64,000 nucleotides of DNA from Tricharina praecox (lineage: Eukaryota): contig NW_026250408.1 in the NCBI RefSeq assembly GCF_024521635.1, forward strand, positions 496,001 through 560,000. Direction: 5' to 3'. Numbering within the stretch: the stretch's first letter is position 1; each line of letters starts with the position of its first letter. The notes beneath the pieces were generated by a model. That model made no database searches. It had not been told where the DNA came from and saw nothing but the letters and a program-made list of their open reading frames with translations. This document shows, one piece after another, positions 26,127 to 39,062 of the stretch. The translations under genes were made by a program, and so were the position numbers.

Positions 26127-29100
26127 CTATTCAAAAGACGTCGAAAAGCCGGTCAAATCCAGTTCTATCGGCGTAGGCTCTGGGGTGGTGGCGAAGCCGC
26201 GTTCGATGACGAATACGCCGTCTCGTTCGACGGCGGCATCCTTCTTTGCGGCTACCCACGAGAGCCGGTCTTGGCTGACTTTTTCGCGACGCTCAATCGC
26301 TGATTGGAGGGTTTCGATGTAGGTTGTGAATTTGATGATTTCGCGGAAGAGGTACGAGCTCTTCTTCTCCCAATTGGCCATGGTCCTGGCGCTGTTGGGA
26401 TGGCGTGGGGAGAACTATCAACTGGTCAGTATGGGAATTCGTGAAAGGGTGAGTGGATGGTGGGACTTACAGCTAGCTTCATGGCATGCTGGAGTTCGTT
26501 GTGTTTAGCTAATTCAGCCTCAATGTTCTCCACATAGTGCTTGAGCGCCTTAAGCTGGTCCCTTTCGGCGAGACTGGACGCCAGCATACTTTGAGTCGGG
26601 GGCGACCAGTCCTTGATGTTGATCTTGTCTCCGGGGAGTCTCGGACGCACTGCACCATGGTCCATACTGGAACGAATGCTCATCTGAAGACTTGCACGTC
26701 CATGAGCCCCACTTTCCTGATTATTCGAGGATGGCGGCGATGAACTAATCGTTTCGATACCAGCCAGGCACTCGCCCCAGCCGTACTCGACATTACTGAC
26801 ACCACCTGTCAGGGGTTCCTTCGACAGACGGGCAGACCAGTAATTGGCAGTTGTGACAAACTCGGTGACAATCTCGGCCGTCCCAACTTCGAAGAAATGG
26901 ACTGCACCGGATGGCAGCGAAAGCGCCCACACATTCGGCCTATCCTTCGAGTATCCCGGCGGCGGAAGAGCAGAAGCAAGAGTCTGGCGCAGAAGGAATG
27001 ATCCAATCGGCTCTGCATTCTCCGTCCAATTACCACCACCGACGACACCACCAGAGGCATGCGAGCCCTTCCCGCTCTTGCTAGGGAACTGGAAGAGGCG
27101 CATGTAGCCGCGTTGAATAACGGCAAAGCAGTCGGTCCATCCACGGTTCTTGGCCCGCTTATCAACCGACTCAAGGTGATGCTTATGCTTGAGCAATCCC
27201 TCCTTGGCCCATGGTGCTCCTTCCAACTCAAGTGCGTCATCCCCGTCGAGTATATCCACATCGTCATCCTCCCCGGCAGAAGTCATTGAAGCCCCTTCCT
27301 CCCTGATGATAGCGTTGTTGAGCGCACCGGCGAATCCTATTGATTGTTGATAGTCTCCAGAGTGCGCAAACGAGGATCCAAGGGAATCCACAGACATGGA
27401 AGTCTGGGTTTTGTCAAGCGTGTACTTACTCCAAGTGCTAGATGCCGAAGGGCTCCACATCGATCGGTCCTCGAGACTAGTCCTGCTCGATCCTGCGTGC
27501 GATGCATTGTACACTCTCTGGCGGGACCGGTTCTTTGACGACCACTTGGCGCCCAATTTGCTGCTGTCTCCACCTCTTTTCGATTGTTCGGACGGCGCTT
27601 TGCTGATAGTACTCGGTGATCGACGAAGCATGCCATTGTTCCCACCGAACACAGCCAATCCACCCGACTGAGACGACTCCATCCTCTCCTGCGCTCCATG
27701 TAGAGGCAAAGCGTTATTCTTGACGGAATGGTAAAAGTCCTTCAAGACGATCTCCAGCTGGGTTTCCCACAGCCGGAGTCCACCGCCTATCGGAGCATTG
27801 ACCAACGCAACAGCGCCGTCCAGGTCGAAGTCTGATTTTTCCGCATGGTCCTCCGGCAAGATCCTAGGGCTGAGGTTTCCGATGTTTCCAATCCGGCTCA
27901 AGCGCGAGCCCTTCGACTCCCGCCCGAAATCCAACGACCCTTTTGCCTTGTGTCCCCGGAGTTCTGGCGCAGCTAGGGGGAATGTGGCCGATGCGGATGC
28001 AAACAGCTGAGAGTCCCCATCGGTACCTCTCTGGAAAGATGTCTGGGAACGTGCTACCGAAGCACTTTGCGACTGTCTAAACTCCTCTTCGACGCTGGCT
28101 GTAGCCGCAGCTTCTTGGATACCACGTCGAATCGTAGCCATGGTATTCTTGATGAACTGACCGCGCGTCATCCTCTGCGAATTAGTCAACTCGGCGAGAT
28201 GAAGGTCAGTGTTCAACAATAGCAACGAGTAAAGAATCGTGTGCACAATGTCTGTAACTCATGTGTTAGATCAAGATATTTCAGATGCATTCCCAAGGGC
28301 TGTCTTACCTTCGCTCTTGAACCCATGGTTTGGGTTGCAAACACACCATCGATGCGCGAACGCCACGATGATTCTGTCGACCTGCTGGGTTTCTCCCTTG
28401 AGAATGAGTCTTCCACACAGTATCCTCATGGCGTGCAAAATGTTCACTCCCGACCAATCGAAGAGTCGCATATACGCTTTCAATATAATCGCCTTGCCCG
28501 CCTCACTGTTGAACCCGGTTAGTGATTTGATCCGACAACGTCGACTCTGCCGAGAGTCACTCACTTGTCGCCCAACCAAGCTGCCGCCCGTTCCTTTGCA
28601 ATGAAATCCTCGTCACCACCAAAAATCTTTTTCGCCATTTCGTTGTCCTCAGCCGACGGCTCGGGCAAGCCATCATCCAGTGCACTGTCCGTTTCTTCCT
28701 CGTGGCGCAGTGGTTCCGCCTCTTCACCGGGACCGTCTTTCTGTAGAGTCACGGTGGGCGTGCTGGGGCTTGGTCCTGATATCCAAGATCCTTCCTTCGG
28801 TCTCGGTGGCTCCAGGTTGATGGTATCCAATTCCAACTGATCGCCGCCCCTGCTGGTACGCGACGACGAATGCTTCTTCTTGGCATCCTCCTCGTTGTAC
28901 AGTCTTTCGAGCTCTTTCATGTCGACGATCGCGTTTTCCCTGGAGGCGGCTGATGTCTTCCGTGTCTGGCTCAGTGAAGCTGTTGAGGACTTCCGTACGG
29001 CGCTGAGGGATGTAACAGAAGACTCTCGCGCGCGTCCGAGAGAACTGTCCGAATCCTGTCGCTCTTTCCCTGATCCCAGGAACCCGGTAGTGCTGGACCT

Positions 29101-30750
29101 GGCATTGGTCAATATGCCGCGGCTCGGGGGCGTCGGTGGCCAGTTCATGTCCTTGTCATCCTCGTCCTTGTCCAAGAAAAAGGTGCGGCTGTTGAATGGG
29201 GTGTTTGGGGATGTTTGTGGTCGCTCTATGCCGCCTGTGGGCGATCTCGACGGCGCGCGGTGATCGGTGGTCACCGACATATCCTTTCCGCCACCCCACA
29301 TCTCCTTGTGGTACCTCTTCCCGCTGCTGTCTACGCTCAGGTGTGGTGCAATATCCCGATCCCTAGAGCTCTCACTAAAGAATGATGGGCGCCGAGGTGA
29401 AACAGGATCGGAGGAAGCAACCGTGCGGATCGTCGCATTACGTGCAAGGTAGGCTGTCTCGCGGTCTTCCATTGTGGATTCCAGTGTTCCAGGCCGGGGA
29501 GGCGCTCGGATATAGGGGTTCATGGCGGTGCGCAAAGACATGCCGGATGGGCTGGGCACGATTGCGTCGTCTTTTATGGCTGCGGGCGGAACATGGATGG
29601 GCGCGGGGACAGCTTGAGGGAGAGCTGGAACCGGCGGGGGTGCAGTGATGTCGGACAGCGACTTTTTCCGCCTCCTAAAGAAGGAAGCTTTCTTATGAAG
29701 CACTGGCTGTGATTGTTCGGGTGGGGGAGCTATCGGAGGATTCGGTGGCGGTGGATTCGGCGCACTGGGAGGGTAGGGGGGATTTGACACTATGCTGGTC
29801 TTGGAGCTGCTGTTACTTGTGCTCTGTGTGTGTGTTGAGTTAGAGCTTCCGCCGCCACCAAACACACGTCTGAAGAATCCGGGCCGCCCGCCCGACTTGG
29901 TAGAAGAACCCATTGCCGCTGCTGCTGCTACTGCTGTCGCTTGAGATGGGGGGTTGGCAAAGGCTGGGAGCGGCGGGAGTGTCGCGGGTTCAGGGGGCGT
30001 GTTGAATGGTTGATCTCTGCTTCTGCTCCTGTAGCTTTTGATGCTCTTGTTGGACGGTCGTCGCACAAGTCTCGGCGATCTCGGAGGAGAAGGTGTGCGG
30101 TTCCTAGTTCTTATGCTGGGCGCAGGTGCAGATTCAAAAGTTTCGTAACCGTTCGCATACCCATGTGATGAGCTTAGCCCTCCGCGTCCCCGCGAGCGCG
30201 TGTCTCTCTCGTAAGTAACTCCGAAACTGCCCTCGCCGTAGTCGTGTGCAGATTCCAACTGCCTAGGGGCAGAAGACGAAAACTGCGAGTCGTAGCCGGC
30301 ACTATTGGAACGTCCGCGCCGCGAATATACAGATTCGTCGTCGTCGACCTCGTCGATGTTGGAGAAGAAGGGTGAGGCGTCGAAGTTTCCAAAAGTGCCG
30401 TCGCCAATCTTGTCGAAGGAGAGAAGGAGGTTGTCTAGGAGTGAGTCTCGTACTCGGCCGCCGTTGCTCAATGAGAGATCGTGGGAATCACGTCTGCTGC
30501 TGTCGTGATTGTGGTGGTGATTGTGGTGGCTGTGGTGGTCGCTGTCCGGAACTTCCCCTGACTTTGGTAGATGGGACCTGTTGGAATTCGTGCTTCCGTA
30601 GCCCGACATCGATGATGTTAGATCCGTGACAGAAGAAGCTGTCGAAAGCGGCGACGGACCAGAAATTGACCTCTGGATAGGCCTGCGCCTCGTTTTGTCG
30701 GCGGTGTGGAATCGAGATGTCGAGGAGTCCGGCTCTAGAGGGGCCACCAT
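26127..30750 (-). CDS. Sec7-domain + PH-domain ARF guanine-nucleotide exchange factor (Yel1/Syt22/EFA6-like)
   Basis: Exons 30750-28565, 28505-28309, 28251-26471, 26414-26127. Sec7 motifs LKGETQQVDRI and YSLLLLNTDLH, PH region GAPWAKEGLLKHKH..NYWSARLSKEP, C-terminal MANWEKKSSYL. Start codon uncertain. Confidence 0.92.
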
Positions 30751-33710
30751 GGTCGAGGGGAGCCAACTTCTAATAAACACACTACCGGTGCTTAGTTCAA
30801 CGCTCGCGGACCCCAACTGGACTGGGAGTGTGTGTGGGTAGTGGATATGCGCCTCTCTTTCGAGGATGCCTTTCTAGCGTCTAGCGGGGAAGTTGCTGCA
30901 AATCGTAATTCGACAGGACAGGGAGAGGCGGTGGTTACCGATTGGCTGGAGAACTGGGTGGAGGGGGCACGGCAGGCGAGTTGTCTGCAGGTACATGTAC
31001 CTACGGGCTGGGCTGAGCTGAGTCTGTCCGCCCGAGCAAAAGATCCCCACGTTTTTTTCTTTCTTTCTTTTCCGCCTGGAGATGCAGGCAGCAGGCAGCA
31101 GCAGGCAGGTCAGGTCGGGTCGGATGAGTGTGGAATCTTTTCGTCTAATGTGCACGCAGGGCTGCTGAGACGAAGCTGAGCCGATGAAGCTAGACGTGCG
31201 GCATCAGTGTAGTCTCCGGTCCGGCACGGTTGGATGCCTGCGTACTGAAGTCAGTCCCTATGTACCGTAGGTACCGTGTGTAGGTATTCGAGGTCTCCAA
31301 TATACGCACACGCAGGTTGTCGGTGGAGAAGAATCTCCGGGGATCCGGAGCCAGAGCTTTGGTATGATGTGAGCAGTACCGTCTATACAGCTGCGATAGG
31401 TACCCAGGTCCAACAAACGAACGAGTGCGTGGGAAAAACAAAAGAATGTATGCGGAGAGAGCGAGGGGGTGGTGGGAATGGATGAATGATAGGCAGGCGT
31501 AGGTAGTGTGAGGTTACCCAGCCGGAGGAGACCACATGTATGCGAAGAGTTGGACAGAACAATCTGCACGTGTGTGAAACTTGGAGTAGCTTGACCAGAG
31601 AAGGTGCGTGCGATGCGGGTTTACATAAGTCCGTAGATGGCTATTGGGGAACGTGGGTGTGGATTAGTTGATCCCGAGGCATGCGTAGAAGGAAGGCACG
31701 AAGGTGAAGCGAGTAAGATATCATGCCTATATTGAGGGGCTGCGACGATTCAAAAACAATGGCGGCCATGCAGAAAAATTGCCTCGAGATGCGGTAAGTG
31801 AGAAGTACTCACGTATTCACTTCCACCTGTGTAGGTACATGTACTTGTGTATCTATGCATCGTGATCAATTTACGGGAAAACAGGCAGAATGTCTACCGC
31901 CTAATTGCGAGATCCGGAGGAACCATGATCAGCCTCAGGCCAGCCTTGGGCCTGAAGTCTTGACCGGGCGGGCTGCCCAACGCGCCGAGGAACTAAGCGG
32001 CCAACTGCGGTCTGGCCGAACGAACAATCCTCACTTTACTCGAGACGGAAACTTCAAGATTCACCATTGTTTCGGCCTTTCGTCCTTACTTCCCAACTCG
32101 TCTGTAGTCCATAATATCCCAATCACAGAGAAGATCTGCTCCTGAGGAATCTTAAATAAATACCTACTGGAAGCATCCATCCCTTCTCCCCTTAACTCAC
32201 CACCATCATCATCATCCCGATCCTCTGATTGAAGCAGATACGGAAGACTTTGCGGTTGAGTAGATACACACATGGCAAAACGTTAGATACTCCCCATCAC
32301 CAACCTTCCCAGAGACACGGTAACTTTTGCCACGCCACGCCGGTACCGAGATCATATGTATGTGCCGCATGTACGTACGGGAACCGGACGAACATCGACA
32401 TCTGTCAACATTTTCCCGTTAATTGGATGTCTGTGTGAAACCGAGCTGGAAGGACTTGCACCATGGGCAACTATGGCTCCATGTAGATAGCATCATAACG
32501 TCGGTAGGTAGGTCTCCCCCTGGAAATGCGGGGGTGAACCATGTCGTCAAAGGTTCTCCGGTGCCACGTCCGCTGGCTGCTGCTGCTGCTGCTACTGCCG
32601 GTGGCGGGACTGCTACAGTACCGAGAGTGCATTCTTTTGACTGCGAGACTTGAGGGCTGTCACTGGATTCTTGTGAAGATATTGGGCTTTCCGTCTGTGG
32701 ATACATAGAAAAAGAAGAGGAAAAGGTACATAGCGTACCTACAGTACAATATAATTCCCAGGAGAGTGAACCAGGGCGCTGGTTCCGAGCACAATGGGAT
32801 GGATGTTCACTACCGTATCATACGCGCGCACCCAACATACTTGGGTATCATCAGGTGTCCACTCATGAATCGTCATCTCCGACTCGGCGTTTGACGCTGA
32901 TGCCTAAGTATAGGTACTTTCGTGCGGTATCTTTCTCACGAGTGCGGCTTTTGTTTGTCTGTTCTAGCTCTCGATGCTTTTTAATCGCGCTTTCAACTGT
33001 AGGTAGCTGTGCATGATCGCATTGTGCAGCTGAGCCTGCGGTTGGAGAGATCTATGTTGGCCTTCTGGTCATGCTCATTGGCTGGAGATATGTACATAAC
33101 TGCACCCCCCGGGGAACGGAGGTGAATTTATGGTATCGCGGAAGTCGGGGCTGATCTGCAGGGGCGCTCGCGGAGGTCAAAGGGCTCCCGTTTCCAGCAT
33201 GAGGTCCGTCTTAGCCAGGCACGCGGAGCGGGAGCGGCGGCGGCACTTTAGTGGCCGTACCCAGGGACGATCCTACATACAACAGAAGACATCGTGGCCG
33301 ACGCGTGGGAGATGCAGTTCTCGTTCGCATCACCTATTGCATAACACAGCAACTCATTCGCATCACTACATAGAAGTAAGTCGCATAACACATCTAACAT
33401 CAGCCTGCCGTTCAATTCTCGGAAATTGTACTCACCTGCCGGTGAAAGGCCGTAACCATGGCACTTACTCAAGTCTTACATACTATTAGGCGAGTGCAAC
33501 CTGGCCTCATCGAGTGACATTCCATGTCCCACGTGACCACTCGTCGGAGGCTTGTATTGCCGTCGAAGGCCGTCAACCTTGAACGTCATTGAGAGCCACC
33601 CCCACGAACGAATCGCAACGTGCCCAAGTAACAAGCGCATCGAACCCTCGAGATACCATTCAAAGACTACCGCTTGCTGCCTAGATTCGTACCCGCGTCG
33701 ACACTTCGAA

Positions 33711-34943
33711 ATGGCGTCGCGTTACTCACCACCGCCCAACCGCTCCACGTTTTCTCCGCATAGTACCGCGCCCCGATACACAACGGCTGGTGCTAGAGAG
33801 CGCTCCGCGATGCGGTTACCGGTGTTCTTTCGAAGGATCTTCAAGTACCCACAGATGGATTTCGAGGTTCGTTTAGTTGGGAGGGGGGACCCGGAGGGGT
33901 CCTGTCGGCAGCGGAAAGGCGGCCCTTGAGATTGACGTGGTGAACAGGTTGCCATATGGGAGATGACCTCTCTGATCATCGCGCCCAAGAAGGTGTTCAA
34001 AGCGATATATTATCACGTGAGTAAGTCTAGCAGCTGTATGAATACTGCTTGCTGACTTTGGCTGGACAACGGCAGAAACGTAGGTTGTGTTCGAGCGCAT
34101 GCTGTCACGGACTTGGTTGATCTGACCCCGCGGGCTCTAGAAACCAAAAACTCGTGGTCGCGCGATGACCCATCCTTCATCGTTCTCCTCACGTTTTTCC
34201 TCACGGTTACGGCCGTAGCCTGGGGCCTCGCCTACACGCCCACGTTCAGCTCGATCGTACGATTGGTCTTCTCGCTCGTGTTCCTCCATTTCCTACTCAC
34301 GTCGCTCGTTTTCGCGACGGCCGGATACTATCTGTGTGGCAAGTTCTTGAAGGTTCCGCCTTCCGGAAGGCTACCGAGGGCCGGAATTGTTACCGGCGAT
34401 GGCGACCTTGAGTTTATGTACTGCTTCGAGATCAGTGTTAGGGCGTTCTTCCCGGTGTGGGTGTTTCTGTGAGTTTCCCGCATTGAAGGAGTGGAGACGG
34501 AGAGTGCAAGGCTGATACTGCCGGCGGGCGGTGTAAACCAGCTATGTCGTTCAGTTCCTGATGATGCCGCTCCTGAAGAACGATTATTGGTATGTATGGG
34601 TTGTTGACGCACTATTTCGGTACGAATCGGCTGATATTAGCTTGACGCAGGATATCGATCTTTCTCGGCAATTCGCTTTACTTGATCGCATTCTCGTTCT
34701 ACAGCGTAATCACCTTTCTCGGGTACAATGGTACGGGAACCCCGCTCCCTCCGTTTCACCGGACGGATTGACGCGATGGACGTACGATTGCTGACTGGCC
34801 GATGTTCTCGCGCTTCAGCTCTTCCTTTCCTCCACCATACCGAGGTCCTCCTTTTCCCTGTTGTTGTACTCGTCATCCTATGGGCGACCAGCTTGCTTGG
34901 GTTCAATGTTGCGAAGCATGTAATCGGGATGTGGTTGTTCTAG
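33711..34943 (+). CDS. GMH1: UNC-50/Gmh1 family Golgi membrane protein
   Basis: Exons 33711-33866, 33949-34016, 34076-34079 (4 nt), 34141-34468, 34542-34589, 34651-34729, 34821-34943. Motifs QMDFEVAIWEM, YYHKQTKNSWSRDDP, YCFEISVRAFFP and TFLGYNALPFL. Confidence 0.93.
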
Positions 34944-35294
34944 GGGGTTGAATATGTTGTTTTTGCTGGTGATTGTTGTTGGTTGTTGGAATGTCTTTGC
35001 CCTTCACGGCTGTGCCTTCTCCTTGCCCCCTTTAAATGCATATCTCCCCCACGTGTAGGATAGGTGGCGTATTAGAAGCATCGTTACTGGGCGTTTTATG
35101 GGACGTGTTTTCTCCAGCTTCGTACATATTATTCTCAGCTGTTACTCCTGTTTGTGGTCACGGGCTATTCCGGGTGCGTGACATGCCAAGGGTCTGTTGC
35201 TGTTTCGTTTCGTGGGCCCATCTATGTAGAGGGTGTTGTTGCCGAACGCTCATCCCTTCCGAACCATCGCCCACTACTACTACAACAAGCCCCC

Positions 35295-35333
35295 CACCAC
35301 CACCACCACCACCACCACCACCACCACCACCAC
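35295..35333. repeat. (CAC)n trinucleotide microsatellite upstream of the CBS-PB1 gene
   Basis: caccaccaccac... run read directly. Confidence 0.92.
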
Positions 35334-35430
35334 ACACCTCCACCTCCACACCCTCCCTAGTTGTGGCATCCAAACGCCGTCTCGTCAACATCACCTTTCC
35401 CAAAACCTCTGAACGCGGGCCGAAAGCAAG

Positions 35431-37737
35431 ATGTCTCATGTAGGATCTTTCAGAGGTACTCCCAGCAGAGCTGGTACCAATAGTGGTCGAAGCACCACTC
35501 CTGCTCCGTCGGGAATCCCTGTTCCTAACAGTCATACTCCGCCGGCTTCAGACTCCCAGCCCAGCGTCAGCGATAGCCGGAAGAGACAGTCAAAGAGAGA
35601 TGAGGTGTGTATAAGTCCCTCGATCTCTACGAAACGGGGGGTACGGCAGGGTCCGCTCATAGGCCATCTGCATACCGGCCCCCGTCTGGCTGTGGGGTTG
35701 TGGCTGCTTGGCCGGCCCGCTTTAGGGAGGAGAAAGGATATCGGAGGCTGACACCCGTTCTCTCTCTCGTACAGGCTATCCGTCGCAAAATCGAATCAGA
35801 TCTCAGCAAGAAGAAGAGCACGACTTCTCGTGCTAGACAGACGCGCAAAATAGCCCCCGGATCGGTCATGGCCCTGCGTCCATCCCAGGCACTCCAGATC
35901 AAGCCTCTCACGACGGTAGCGGAGGCTGCCCAGCTCATGGCGGCGAAGCGTGAGGATTGTGTGCTCGTTACCGATGACGATGACCGCATCTCTGGAATCT
36001 TCACCGCCAAAGATCTGGCGTTTCGTGTTGTAGGCGCCGGCATCGATGCTAGAGATATCACGATTGCTCAGATCATGACCAAAAACCCGCTCTGCGCCCG
36101 GACCGATACCTCCGCTACCGACGCTCTGGATTTGATGGTTCGCAAGGGTTTCCGTCATCTGCCGGTGATGGACGAGAACCAAGACATCTCCGGTATTCTG
36201 GATATCACCAAGTGCTTCTACGAGGCGATGGAGAAGCTGGAGCGTGCATATGCGTCTTCCAGGAAGCTCTATGATGCGCTGGAAGGTGTCCAGTCGGAGC
36301 TCGGGTCCTCGCAGCCCCAGCAAATCATCTCCTATGTCGAGGCTCTGCGGCAAAAGATGTCCGGCCCGAACCTGGAATCGGTCCTGGACGGCAATCCTCC
36401 TACAGTTGTTTCCGTCCGGACTACCGTCAAGGATGCGGCGGCCATGATGAAGGAGAACCGCACGACTGCGGTGTTGGTCCAGGATGCCGGGAATATTACT
36501 GGTATCTTCACGAGTAAGGATGTAGTCCTGCGTGTCATAGCGCCGGGATTGGACCCTGCCAACTGCAGCGTCGTGCGTGTCATGACACCTCATCCGGATT
36601 TCGCACCAATGGAGATGTCCATTCAGGCTGCCCTGCGAAAGATGCATGGTTCGCGACTCTCCTTACTTTTTTTGCCAATAAAAATATAACTGCTGACATG
36701 GTTATTGTCGCTAGATGGACACTATCTTAACCTTCCGGTTATGAATAATGAAGGGGAGATTGTTGGAATGGTGGACGTCTTAAAATTGACCTATGCCACT
36801 CTCGAACAGGTAAAATCCACGGGAGTAGGTGGATCAATGAATTCGGTGAGCTGACTTTGCATCATAGATCAACTCGATGCAAACTGCTGACAGCGAGGGA
36901 CCCGCTTGGAATAAGTTCTGGCTTTCGCTTGACAATGATACAGAATCCCAGATTTCCGATCACACCAGTGCGCGGGGTCCCACACCTTCGGTCCGAGGGC
37001 AAGGAACAGAATCGCCAATTGCTGCTATGCGACACACATCCGGCCTGAGCCACCTAGAACGTCACGATGCTGCCATCCAGCCTGGCGATTCAGCTTCGCA
37101 CATCGGAGACCATTCCGAAGGTTCCATGATCCATGATCCAGTTGCCGACCCGATGGATCAGCCGTATGCGTTCAAGTTCAAGGCTCCCAGTGGTCGTATC
37201 CATCGTGTGCAGGCGGCCCCAAACGGAGGATTGATGGAACTCCTCGGTGCTGTTAGCGAGAAGCTTGGAGTCGAGGTTGCTGAGGTTGGCGGAGAGCCTG
37301 AGTTCGGAGCGGACGGCAGTTTGATCAGCCAAGGCTTTGCGTTGAGCTATGTCGACGACGAAGGAGATATCATTTCCATCACTTCGGACCCTGACCTGCT
37401 TGATGCCGTCAACCTTGCCAGGCGTACCGGGAGGGACAAGGTTGACCTGTACGTTCACGACCCTTCGAAACCGGCTGTGGTCGCCACCGTAGACCCACAG
37501 CCCCCAATTGTGACGAGGAGGAAGCCAAGAATCGAGATCGAGGATCACGACGAGGACTCGGACGATTCCGAAGGACAAGTGCGTAGGCCGAAGAAGAGGT
37601 ACACGGCGCCGCCTGAACCCATCTCACCGGCTCAGCCCGAGTTGATTCCGGGAGTGCCCAACGAGCTGATCTTGCCGGGGGCCATCGTCACGCTCGCTGT
37701 GGCTATTGTTGCCGTCTTTGCTCTGTCCAGAAGATAG
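35431..37737 (+). CDS. CBS-domain (x4) + PB1-domain protein with C-terminal membrane anchor (Mug70-like)
   Basis: Exons 35431-35604, 35775-36648, 36715-36809, 36868-37737. Motifs SRKRQSKRDEAIRRK, GIFTAKDLAFRVV, RKGFRHLPVM, GIFTSKDVVLRV, FKFKAPSGRIHR and LSYVDDEGD; terminal TM LPGAIVTLAVAIVAVF. Confidence 0.94.
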
Positions 37738-39062
37738 AGACATAAACTTCAAGTACAAAGGGGAAGAGGAGTTGGTGAAGGAGAGATGGGACCAGCAAGC
37801 CTGAGAATTTGTTCTTTGGACCGCAATACCCATTTTTTATGTGCTTTAGAGGTAGACGGAAGCTTTTTTTCGGTTGTATTGATCTTGTTATTTGTCGTTG
37901 GAGCTCAGCGGCATAGCTTAACTGTATCTCTCTCTCTCTTGCCCATTCAATTACCCTACACAGACCGAGGGCTACTTTCTTGAATTCGATTCCAACCTTT
38001 TCATGTCTCATTTTTGTAATTTGGTCCGATTGTCCCGTTGCTTGACTTTTTTTTCTTCATTTGCACTGTGCTCACTAACTATCGCCTTTAGCCCTTCATT
38101 TCCGTCTGTTCGTCCTCTGTTTCGTTTCCATGCTATCATCCTCTATTCCCTTTATTTATTTCCTCTCGTAGGGTTCTTCTTTCTCTGTTCCTTGTAAAAA
38201 GAAACCTATCGAAGTTACGAAGTCTTTTACTATGAAGGTTTGGGTGTCCAAATTGTGGATGAGGGATTCTGAGCGGCTGAGAGAGCTGCGTATTGACTAG
38301 CAATCGTCGAGCGAGATATCATGAACGGATGTCGCTGCCACTTCTCATTCAGCCTGCCCACTTGCCAAGCCCGTAAACAAACGAAAATTGTTTGGGATTC
38401 AAGAGGCCTCCTCTCAAGTTGGGTCTGTAGACCTCAGATTTCCAACCCACTAGCACACCTTCCTTTCCTTCCTCCTTCTCTTCTCCCCTCTTCTTCTCCA
38501 CTCACTGCTCTGATCGACAACATCCTCCGGAAAAAGAAATCTCTCGACTCGCGAGCGTACGCAACTTGCTATCTTGCTGTTTGGTATGTACTCTACTGCC
38601 GTTGCAGGGTTCTGCCCTTCGGGCTACTAGTAACTGTAAGTAATCCTCTCGTACTGACTTCTACCTCAAAATTTAGGGCCATCCAACCAACCCCACCATC
38701 CGTTATCCCCCACCCACCCTACCCACCCCGAAAAAAGAATTCAACACGTCGCCCTCGAGCCCTGTGAACAGTGATCGCCGCCCTCACACCCGCCGGTTCG
38801 CTTGGCCTCTCATTTCATCGCCCGTATCACTTCTTTGCGACTGCAGCACATAACCAGCAGCACAACGACCCACCACACCAAACCGAATTCCACAACAATC
38901 ACGACCCATTACCACCACCCGCGTTAATTCTTCTGACGACCTACATACCCACGCCCAACTAACGACTACACCCCGCAGTTAGTTCGTCGCCTCTTGTCGA
39001 CGGCTAAGAGCACTTCCTCAAACGAAAAGGAAAAACAGTTCGACAAAAAGAAAAGCAAAATC

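Noticed and set aside
32419..32706. 95-aa minus ORF with poly-Ala upstream of the Sec7 gene
   Set aside because: Driven by a (GCT)n repeat; could not be linked to the Sec7 CDS by credible splice sites.
35796..36647. Long antisense ORFs opposite coding genes (here and at RAD3, PSE1, VPS2, IFM1, SEC6)
   Set aside because: Expected shadow ORFs from GC3-rich codon usage.
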